64,000 nucleotides of DNA from the human T2T-CHM13v2.0 reference genome, Homo sapiens: the NCBI RefSeq assembly GCF_009914755.1, contig NC_060929.1. The stretch is one strand, 5' to 3'. The position numbers and the translations under genes are program-made. Below are positions 13,931 to 23,711 of this stretch, piece after piece; the first letter of the stretch is position 1, and the number at the start of each line of letters is the position of its first letter. A model generated the notes under the pieces. It saw only the letters and a list, made by a program, of their open reading frames with translations, was not told the origin of the DNA and searched no databases.

Positions 13931-14109
13931 GTTCTTCTTGCTCCCTGCTGTTCCCGCTACTGCTTGGACAGTGGTAGCCCTGCACCTTAGTTTTCTCTCT
14001 GCTTCCAGGACTACCGTGCCTATTAAATGACACCATGAAGAGTGCCCACCTTCGCGCAGGCCCTCGGTGAATGGGCATGTCCTTGAACGCAAACTTGGCT
14101 CCAACGGGG

Positions 14110-14490
14110 CAGGAGAAGGATCATTCAGACTCAGCTACAGAAAAACAGACTTTTGTGCAACTAACGCTAACAAAACTGGAAAGGAAAGAGGAACTACGGC
14201 CTGGGGAAAAGCTTGTATCGAACATGACAGAAAGTCAATATCTAAAAAGAGATAAAGGGCTTATCCCAATATATAAGACCCCAGGAGATAAACAGGCAAA
14301 GGACTTAGGAATAGGAGACATGCAGAGTAATCAAACCCAGGGAAGATCACTCATCCTCGCCAGTAACCAAAGAAGCGCAAATTAGCGCAAAAAGCAACGC
14401 CGCTTTGCTGCCGGAGCAGCAAAATATTAAACACTAAAGCCCCCGTGCTGGTGAGGATTTGGAGAAACCAGGAGCTGCTGTGGGAGCCAG
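14110..14490 (+). mobile_element. L1ME-like ORF2 fragment
   Basis: gataaagggcttatccc...caggcaaaggact...gtgctggtgaggatttggagaaac. Confidence 0.7.
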
Positions 14491-15399
14491 TCTGGCTCTG
14501 CCCCGAGTGGTGAGTCTGTTAAGCGCTGGGATTTCCTAATTCATTTAGTCACTCAGTAGGTGCCCCCTGATGGCTGCTCAGGGCCAGGGCTCGAGCGCGT
14601 CTGGGCTGGCTCAGGCCGCCATCTGCCGGGTCAGCAACAGATACCTATTTGCAGGAACAGAACCTGAGGTCAGCTCCCAGGATGTCCCCACCCCTGAGTT
14701 TCAAGAGAGTTTGCACCAGGAGCAGGGAGCATTCCAGCTGTCTCGGGCAGCTTTTGTGTGGGGAACAGCTGGTAGCGCTGCCTGCGGCCCCTTGGGGTGG
14801 ACAGGAAGGCTCTGCCTGCAAAGGCCTAGAGGCAGCCACACACCCTGCCCTGCACACTCCTAAGTACGTGCAGGCCACAGTTCCTGCATCCATTCATCCC
14901 GGCCAGTCTGGGGTCCCTCCCCACAGTGGCAGGCAAGGGGAAGCTGGACCGGTCCTGCTAGACAAACAAGGATGCACACACGTCCATGGGACCCCAAACC
15001 TCACACTGTCCCTGACAGCCCGCCCCACAGAGCACAGCCTCTGCCTCCCGGAGCAAGAGGAGGTGGCAGTGCATCCCAGGGCCTGGCTGCCTGTGGGGCT
15101 GCATTGGGGGCTCCTGCCCCCGCCCCGTGAGTCTGGGAACACATGGGTCTTGGCCTTGGCACCTTCTTTCCTGGGAAAACACCTCCCTCTGGGCCAGGGC
15201 AGTGCAGAGCAGTGGAAGCGGGCAGCTGTGGAGTCAGAGTGATGGGTGCCAATTCTGACTCCTGCACGTGGCCCAGACCACCTAACCTGCCACCCCCACC
15301 AGCACACCTGCCCGGCCACCCCCACCAGCACACCTGCCCGGCCAGCCTCAGGCCACCAGCCAGCCTCCCAGCCACGTGACCTCTCAGGGGCAGGATGTG

Positions 15400-16008
15400 T
15401 CCTTGATTCCTTCCTTCACACCACGTCCCGGAAGCTCCACCTCAAACTCATCCTGAACCCACTGCCTCCACCGCCATCTGTCACCGGGACTCCTCCCTGC
15501 TTCCACGCCGTCCACCGAAAACCCTCCAAAGGCCTCCACCGCACAGGGAATGAATTCTCACCCCGTACCGTGACCGTCCCTTCAAAGCGATGAGTGCCAC
15601 CCATCCCTCCCGGCCCTGCACGCCTCCCACTCCCCCATTACGTCCTCAGTTCCAGGTACTAGCTCTTCCTTCTGCCCCTTGGTCACGCTGCGGTAACTCC
15701 AGCCTCAGGGCTCCTGCATGTGCTGTTCCCTCTGCCTGGAACACCCTTCCCAGGGCTGGGCTTTCCCATCATCACCAACCTGGGGCGCCTCCCTCCCTTA
15801 CCTGCCTTCTCACGCTGCCCTTTCACCCCGTTTTACTTTGTTCACAGGATTCTCCACTGTCTGCGAGCATCTGCTCACCAGGTCTCCCCTGCGGGGCTGT
15901 GAGCCCAGAGAACAGGGACTCGATCGGGTTCCTCCGCTGCTACAGCCCCAGCACCCAGTCCTGTCAGACACATGGTGGACACATAGCAAGAACGTGACGA
16001 GTGAATGC
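15400..16008 (+). mobile_element. L2 3' portion
   Basis: cctcagggctcctgcatgtgctgttccctctgcctggaacaccctt...gtgagcccagagaacagggac...gagtgaatg. Confidence 0.8.
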
Positions 16009-16088
16009 AGGAAAATACACTTGTGGCAGCAGGCAAGGTGCCCTCTCTGAGCCTCAGTCTCCCCCTAAGCAGTAGAGCTGCTAATGCT

Positions 16089-16538
16089 ATTATTCCCCCA
16101 TGATTTGGGGAGCAGTATTATTCCCCCATGATTTGGGGAGCAGTATTATTCCCCCATGATTTGGGGAGCAGCATTATTCCCCCATGATTTGGGGAGCAGC
16201 ATTATTCCCCCATGATTTGGGGAGCAGCATTATTCCATGATTTGGGGAGCAGCATTATTCCCCCATGATTTGGGGAGCAGCATTATTCCCCCATGATTTG
16301 GGGAGCAGCATTATTCCCCCATGATTTGGGGAGCAGCATTATTCCCCCATGATTTGGGGAGCAGCATTATTCCCCCATGATTTGGGGAGCAGCATTATTC
16401 CCCCATGATTTGGGGAGCAGCATTATTCCCCCATGATTTGGGGAGCAGTATTATTCCCCCATGATTTGGGGAGCAGCATTATTCCATGATTTGGGGAGCA
16501 GCATTATTCCCCCATGATTTGGGGAGCAGCATTATTAT
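16089..16538 (+). repeat. 28-bp minisatellite, 16 copies (attcccccatgatttggggagcagcatt), embedded in a MIR
   Basis: Period 28 from 16092. Two 25-bp variants start at 16232 and 16481. MIR core ctctgagcctcagt lies 5' and tgagcattaatga lies 3'. Confidence 0.97.
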
Positions 16539-17987
16539 TGAGCATTAATGAACCCGCATGGCATTCAGGTGCCCGGCCTTTTCCCAACCAGACCAGCGCA
16601 CCAGCCACCTCTCCACACAGGCCCAGTGCCCAGGTCACCTCCTGTCCTGTCCTGCAGGCTCTCTCTGGGTGTGCCGACAGTTTGGGATGGGAGGCGTGGG
16701 AGGCGTGAGCTGCGCTCCTGGCCGGGTTCTCTACCAGCTGTGCTCGTGGCGCAGCCCACACCTCACGGCAAGCCCCAGCCAAAGGGACCAAGTCAAGAGC
16801 TCTGAGAGACATCCCAGCCGAAGAATCCAGCCCTTGTCCCAAACGTGTGTATGCACAGGCACACGAAAGAAGGTGAGACAGAAGGAGAGAAAAATGAAGC
16901 CAGAGAGCAGGAGAGAGAGAAGACAGACGCCAGCACGCCCATCTGACTGCGCGACCTTTCCCCGCTCAGAGCTCCTTCAGGGCCCAGAGCACAGCGCTGC
17001 CTAGGATTAATTTCAAAGAGAAACGGGTCAAAGAAAATTGGAAATTTTTATAGAAAATATTTCAGGCTTGGAGCTGGCTGAAGTGTCTGCCAACCTGCAG
17101 AGAATTCTGAGAGGAGATGGGGCCTGTGGTCAGAGGCCTCCGGCTGGCACAAACTGGCAGAGTTTGGACCTCGGACCCAAATGCAGTTTCTGAGCCAGGC
17201 CTGTCCTCGCTGCTGCTGGGGAAGAGCTTCCTGTCCCCTTCAGATGTCCCTACAGCTGCCTCTGCAGCCCTGATGCTGGTACCCAACGCCTCTCACCTGT
17301 CGCCCCACCCCTCTCTATCCCCAAGAGGCCTCTGTCTAGGGACCCACTATGGGATGCAGTCCCTTTGTCCCCATTATGCAGGGTGCCCATGTCTCTTTCA
17401 CCGTCATCCATGGGGCAGCCAGGGCATGAAGGAAGCCTCACCTGGGTCCCAAGCAGGTCCCACTGCTCCTTGCCCAAACTTCACCCCAGCCAGCAGGCTC
17501 CTACATCCAAGGCACAGATGTCACAGACATGAAAAGATGCCCTGGACACATGCCTCTCTCCCAGAAGCCTGCCTCTGCCATGCTGGGGACCTGAAAAGAG
17601 GGGGCATGCCCAGCCCACAGTTGCTGATCAAACGCCAGATGCCCCCGTGAGCAGATCACAGCTTCACCCCTGAGCCGTGTACTGTCTGCATGCCAGGGAC
17701 TGTTACCTTGTGCAAAACCCGAAAAGCTCTTTGGAGGACATTCCCAACACAGATCCAAGGGAAGGAAAGAAAGTATCAATTCACTGTGTCTGTGGAAGAT
17801 GGCGAGGCAGAGGAGGGAAAGGGGACGGAGAGCAAGTGTCGCAGTGAGCACTGGGCAGGCGCCCTGTGCCCTGCGTAATTCCAGCAGCCCCTGTGCCACT
17901 GCACCCAGGTACAGTGGAGATCTCAGCACCCAGGTTCTGAGATCCTGAGGGGCTGGGTGAGCTGCTCTGGGCCCCTTAGTGAGCCAG

Positions 17988-18230
17988 AACAACAGCATGT
18001 CGGGTGGAGCTGAGCACACTGACCCCTGCACCAACAGCAGCATGCTGGGCGGAGCTGAGCGCGCTGACCCCTGCACCAGCGCTGACCCCTGCACCAACAG
18101 CAGCATGCCGGGCGGGGCTGAGCACACTGACCCCTGCACCAACAGCAGCATGCCGGGTGGAGCTGAGCACACTGACCCCTGCACCAACAGCAGCATGCCG
18201 GGTGGGGCTGAGCACACTGAACCCTGCACC
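17988..18230 (+). repeat. 45-bp minisatellite, 5 copies plus an 18-bp internal duplication
   Basis: Unit aacagcagcatgccgggtggagctgagcacactgacccctgcacc. The ORF track shows 15-aa periodicity. Confidence 0.95.
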
Positions 18231-19077
18231 AAACTGCCCGCTGCCCACCCCACTCACCCACCTAGTGCTGGAAGCATCTGTGGGAGCAGCCCTAATGCAG
18301 CTCCTCAGAACCACTGGCCGGTCTTCCAGAACTGTCCCCTGCACTCGAGTTGGGGCTGCAGCCAAGCCAGGGCCAAGGCCACCATCCTCCGGGTCAGGCT
18401 TGTCACCTGCCCACGGTGCTCCACCAAAGATCCAGGCCCTTGCCAGCCACATTTACCTGGTCGGCTCCACCCCTGAACCAGAAACCATGTCGGGAGGGGA
18501 GAGGTGGCGGGGGAAGGGCAAGCCTGAGACTCAGGGACTAAATTTATGTCGGAGGCACAGGGGAGTTGCTGCGCACGTGGGGGCTGTCAGGCGGAGTGCC
18601 AGGCCCAGACGCCGTGGAGGGGGAGCACACCCTGGCACGTCTCCACTGTGGAATAAGGGGGGCCCAGCCCTCGCTGGGGCTGCAAGCCTCGCTTCTGCCT
18701 TCACAGCCCAGGGGGTGGGAAGCACCCACAGGGCAGCGCTCTGAGCAGCAGACTCCAGCCAGAGAGCCAGCCAGGCCCGGGAGCTGGCCCCTCCTGCTCT
18801 CCCCGGCTGACCCCAGGCAACTCCAGCCTCGGAGAATGTGCAGCCTCGGCTTTCCCAGCGCCGGCCCCCGCCCACCCCTTCCGCGTGGGCCACATCACCG
18901 CGCTGGCATCTCCAACAGCCATCCCAAGGGCCCGGTCTGCACGAGGACAGGAGCGCCGCGGCGTCTGCCAAGGGTGCGCTCAGCCCTGAAGCACGCCTCC
19001 CGGAGCCGCCTCGGGTTTCACAATCAGTGCTTCTCCCTGGGTTTCCCGGGGCCTGGGCTGCAGGCTCAGCTCCAGGG

Positions 19078-19342
19078 TGGAAAGAGAGGATGAGCTGAGA
19101 GGACTCCAGGGATCCAGCGCCGAGGCGCTGAACTCAGTGAGTCGGCAACAGTGGCTTGGCAGGGCCCAGGCTGACCAGGGTATGAGAGAGAGCACCTATC
19201 ACCACGCCAGAGGCCCTGGCCTCAGGGGTCTGGGGAGTCACTTGGGAAGTGCCCGGTTGGAGACACAGAGACAGGTCTGGGCACAAGACGCTGGCCAGGT
19301 CCAGGGCTCACCCTGCAAATCCAGCCAAAGCCCTCTCTCCAT
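19078..19342 (+). repeat. Inverted duplication, left arm part A
   Basis: Reverse complement of 20961-21225, with about 31 differences in about 265 bp by manual alignment. Confidence 0.95.
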
Positions 19343-19376
19343 TCTCCCTTAGGACCCAAGGTTCAACACTTAGACA

Positions 19377-19843
19377 TGTCAGCTGAATCATGACCCCCGG
19401 ACGTCCATGTCCTAATCCCCCAAAACTCGTGAGCATTACCTTATATGGCAGAAGAGACTTTGCAAATGTGTTTAAATCAGGGGTCTTGAGATGGGGAAAG
19501 TAACCTGGATGGTCCCAGCGGGCCCTAAATGTTATCACAAGTGTCCTTCTAAGAGGGAGAGCTGGCTATAGAAGAGGAGAAGCCACGTGACCAGGGAGGC
19601 AGAGACTGCAGCAATGTTGCCACAAGCCAAGGAACGCCAACAGCCCCCAGGAGCTGGGAGGGGCCAGGAATGGATTCTGCCCTGGGGCCTCCCGAAGGAA
19701 CCAGCCCTGCCAGCACCTTGATCTTAGCCCCTAAAATCCTATTTCAGAGTTCTGAGCTCCCGAACTGTGAGGAATGCAGGTGTGCTGTTTTAAGCCATTA
19801 AGGTGTGGGTAACCTGGTACAGCAGCCACAGGAAGCTGAGATG
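19377..19843 (+). mobile_element. MLT1C/D-type MaLR solo LTR
   Basis: catgtcctaatcccc...taccttatatggcagaagagactttgca...aagccaaggaa...ctgttttaagcca...acagcagccacaggaa. Confidence 0.9.
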
Positions 19844-20200
19844 GACGTCGACAGCTACAGGGCAGAAAGGCTCTCTGACCTGGCATTCAGCAAATTGGCA
19901 CCCCCCAACAAAGCACACGGCCCTCCTGCCCCATCCTGGGCCCCCCAGCCCCCACCTGGGCCAAGCCTCACATCCGCTGTGTCAGTGGGGCTGGCTATCT
20001 GCTCGCCACTGAATGGATGAGTCTCGCCTGCTCCCCAGTCCTGTGGTCTGACAGAACAGAGCTCCTCTCTCTCTCCTGTGCCATTGCTCCAGCCTCCCCC
20101 ACCAGCCTCCCTCACACTGCAACCAGTACGAGCTTGCTGAAACACTCAACTCTTTGTGAGACTGGAGGGCGCCATCCCCACCTTGGGTCATTCAAGGCTG

Positions 20201-20290
20201 CTGCTTCCATGGAGGCTGCCCCACAGCTCTCTGCCTCCAGCCCTGGGCTCTGCACACCCAGGGGGAACTGTCATGCCTGAGGTCCGCCCC
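20201..20290 (+). repeat. Inverted duplication, left arm part B
   Basis: cagctctctgcctccagccctgggctctgcacacccag...ctgtcatgcctg is the reverse complement of 20881-20970. Confidence 0.93.
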
Positions 20291-20880
20291 CACCCCCGCC
20301 GCCCACTCTTCCCCCAGGATCCCCTGCGGCCTGGAAAACTCCTACCCAACTCAAGGCAAAGTCACAGGGTGGAGACTGTGGGTCAGGAGGGGCTCTTCCT
20401 GGCCTGGTGGGGAAGGGCTGGCTGTGGGCTGCAGGTGGCAGCCACGCTCAGCCACATGGAGGAGCTGCCCAGTGCCGGCGCTTGTCCTCTGTCTCCTGGA
20501 GGGCCTTCCTTGGTGCAGCGAGGCTGAGAGGCTCCCGTGGTGGCGTGCCTCGTCTGCCCGTCAGGGAGGATGCTGCAGCCTGACAGCAGCAGGCAGAGGC
20601 TTGGCACCGGCGGTGTCTGGGGTGGAGGCAGCCAAGGTCACTGGCACGTTGCTGTCTGACTTCTCTTCCTTCAGCCCAGCAGGGTGTGTGCACAGCAGCC
20701 TGGTAGCAGTTCCCCAGGATGGGAAGCACCTGCCCCTCCTCTGTCCCAAGGCCAGGCCGGGGCGAGCCCCAGGAGAGCAGCCCACAGAGGAGGGCAGAAG
20801 ATGCTTCTACCTCTGCATCACAGAAAGCATGGGTAGCCAATGGGGGACCGTGTTTTGTTTGGTCTATATAGTGAGCACGG

Positions 20881-21225
20881 GAGGGGACCCCAGGCATGAC
20901 AGCTCCCACTGGGTGTGCAGGGCCCAGGGCTGGAGGCAGAGAGCTGATGTGGAGGCTTCTGTGGAAAGAGGGCTTTGTCTGGATTTGCTGGCTGAGCCCT
21001 GGACCTGGCCAGCGTCCTTGTGCCAGGACCTGTCTCTGTGTCTCCAACCAGGCACTTCCTGAGTGACTCCCCAGACCCCTGAGGCCTGGTCCTTTCGCAT
21101 GGTGATAGGGGCTGTCTCTCGTACCCGGGTCGGCCTGGGCCCTGCCAAGCCAGCTGTTGCCGACTCACTGAGCTCAGCGCCGTGGCTGGATTCCTGGAGC
21201 CTTCTCAGTTCATCCTCTCATTCCA
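20881..21225 (-). repeat. Inverted duplication, contiguous right arm (B' then A')
   Basis: Reverse complement of 19078-19342 joined directly to 20201-20290. Confidence 0.95.
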
Positions 21226-22062
21226 GAAATTTTAAGCCACATTTTAACATCAGGAAAGTTCACATAAAAAGTCTGATGTCTGGATTTTCTTGATAGGATG
21301 TTCAGCTGCACCAGACCCAACTTCTACCAAATTGAGGTCAAGGGAGTTGAGGAGGGTCTGTCCCTCCTTGCAGGGCCTCCCAGACGCCCTGTGCCCATGG
21401 CAAGGCCAGGGCTGGACACCACGTGTGGCTGCATTCCCACTGCTGTTTCTTTTTAGTGGAGATGTATTCTTGGTCTCCACGTTTCCATCAAAAGGAGAGA
21501 AATGAAAGCCAGGCCAAGGGTGGGTGCAATTATCTTTTTTTCCTCCACTGCTGTCCTTGTTGGCATTGCCTGCCAGGCCCTGCAGGCTCTGAGTTTGCAG
21601 CTCTTGTCTTTCTGCAAATGGCACTGTGTGTCTGAAACAGAGACCACATGCTCAACACGTGACTCGGGGTCTTTCTCACTGTGTGGCAACCTTCACAGAG
21701 TCCCAAGGTCAGTCTCTGGGAAGCTAAGACAGGCCCTCAGTGTCAGCACAGGGTTGGCTTCTCTGTGCACGTGGTCTTGGAGTCAGCCGCTCCAGGTCCC
21801 TTAACGCGGGCGGTGGGGGAGGACTGCCAGGCTGAGACTGGCACTTAGACATGCAGGGAAGAGCTCCCACACGACAGGGTGGAGGGTCCAGTGAGGGAGG
21901 CAGCAGGACCAGGGCCTGCCTGGGCTGTGCCTCTGGGCTATATGCCCTGGGGAGGCGTAAGTGAAGCCTACAGTGCTGCTCCTCCGCGTGACCCAGACGG
22001 GCGCCTCCCGGGTGTGCTGTGCACTGCGTGGCCAGCCTTGTACGTGAGGGCCATTCACATCC

Positions 22063-22850
22063 TGTAGCTGGCTGCGTGGTGCCCCCAAAGATGCTGGATC
22101 CTGATCCCTGCAACCTGAGACGGGTACCTTCTATGGGAAGAAAGGGCTTTGCAGATGTGCTTGCAGTAAGGCTCTTGAGATGAGAAGCCTGTCCTGGATT
22201 ACTCGGGTGAGTCCTAAATGTAATCAAGGCATCCTTGCAAGAGGGAAGCACAGGGACACGTCAGAAGAGGAGGGGGCGACATGATCCGGGGGCAGAGATT
22301 GGCATGATGCAGCCACAAGCCAAGGGAGGCTGGCAGCCCCCAGGAGCGGGGATGGGCCAGAAACAGATTCTCCCCTGGAGCCTCTGGAGGGAGCACAGCC
22401 CTGTCCACCCTTGATCTTGGCTCAGTGAGATTCATTTCAGACTTCTGGCCCACAGAGCTGTGAGAGAGGCATTTGTATTAGTCCGTTTTCACAATGCTGA
22501 TAAAGACATACCCGAGACTGGGCAACTTACAAAAGAAAGAGGTTTATTGGACTTACAGTTCCACGTGGCTGGGGAGGCCTCACATCATGGCAGAAGATGA
22601 AAGGCACGTCTCACATGGCAGCAGCCGAGAGAGAGAGAGCTTGTGCAGGGCAACTCCCGTTTTTAAAACCCTCAGATCTCGTGAGACCCACTCACCATCA
22701 TGAGAACAGCATGGGAAAGACCCACCCCCATGATTCAATCATCTCTCACTGGGTCCCTCCCATAACACATGGGAATTATGGGAGCTACAAGATGAGATTC
22801 AGGTGGAGACACAGAGACAAACCATATCAATGTTCCTATTGTTTCAAGCT
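22063..22850 (+). mobile_element. MLT1C/D-type LTR interrupted by THE1
   Basis: gggctttgcagatgtg...cttgagatgag...gtcctaaatgtaatc...cacaagccaaggga...gacttctggccc. Resumes after the THE1 with ttcctattgtttcaagc. Confidence 0.88.
22474..22829 (-). mobile_element. THE1 (A/B-like) MaLR solo LTR
   Basis: tgtattagtccgttttcac...gataaagacatacccgagactggg...aaaccatatca, 356 bp with TG...CA ends. Confidence 0.95.
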
Positions 22851-23687
22851 CCGTGAGGACTCCCTCCTCAACAGTCCCACACAGGATGAGATGCACACAC
22901 ACCAGAGAGGACAATGCCACAGGGTGCCCTGTCCCTGTACCCCAGCACAGTGTCCCTGGACACAGAGCTGGCCTTGGGAAGGGCAGAGAACAGGGATTGG
23001 AGATGCCTGTCAGAATGCCTGGGGGGACACCTCAACCACTGCTCCCCAAAAGGCCACCCAGCCTCAGAGCTCGGCCTCCGGTCCTGGCCAGGTTCCCAGG
23101 CCAGCAGCACTGAGCAGGACCCTTCTGCCAAGGCCAGCATGGCCAGGGAGGAGAGAAAAGGACCCTCCCCGCTCCCTCACCCCTTGCCCCTCCTAATAAC
23201 ATCCTCTCCCGGGTGTTGCCTAAGCTGCCCAGTGCACACACTCATCCCTGGCCTGTCTGTGAAATGCTTTAAAACCGTCATTTTCTATCCGTTTCCCCCA
23301 GGCAATCTGCAATCCAGCAACTGATCTTGGATGACAGAGACTATTAGTGAAAATGATTCCCTGAGGCTCCATGAGTCCCCGAGATCACCCTGAGCAGCCC
23401 GTGGGCTTCTCGGGGAAAACAGGACATCCTGAAAAGGAGGCACCCCTGACGCTGCAGGGATATCCTGCCACCCAGACAGATGCCCACCCCCCACTGGGAC
23501 ACCCAGGGCAGGTGTGTCACCTTCCCCGGCAGAACATAAATAGCAGGGTGCTTCACACCCACTTCCAGACGTTGCTTTTGGGGAGGCAGGAAGAAACTGC
23601 CAGCCAGCACCTCCTGCCAGCTTCTGCCAGGGCCACACTGATATATCAGGGTTCCCTCAGAATTCACTGGAAGAAAGGGTCCCCTAT

Positions 23688-23711
23688 ACACACACACACA
23701 TACACACACAC
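23688..23711 (+). repeat. (CA)n microsatellite
   Basis: acacacacacacatacacacacac. Confidence 0.85.

Noticed and set aside
15287-15345. 28-bp two-copy tandem repeat
   Set aside because: Ordinary short slippage duplication with no further structure.
16089-16538. CRISPR-like array of 28-bp palindromic repeats
   Set aside because: The repeats are directly adjacent with no unique spacers, there are no cas genes, and the context is a mammalian intron.
17501-18744. Repetitive ORFs of 112-250 aa, including a Cys-rich keratin-associated/metallothionein-like frame
   Set aside because: They are translations of the 45-bp minisatellite in several frames, with no supporting gene structure.
19343-20200. 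The segment missing from the right arm of the inverted duplication as a spliced-out intron (processed retrocopy)
   Set aside because: No convincing GT...AG boundaries on either strand, and no poly-A or TSD around the right arm. Microhomology explains the junction better.
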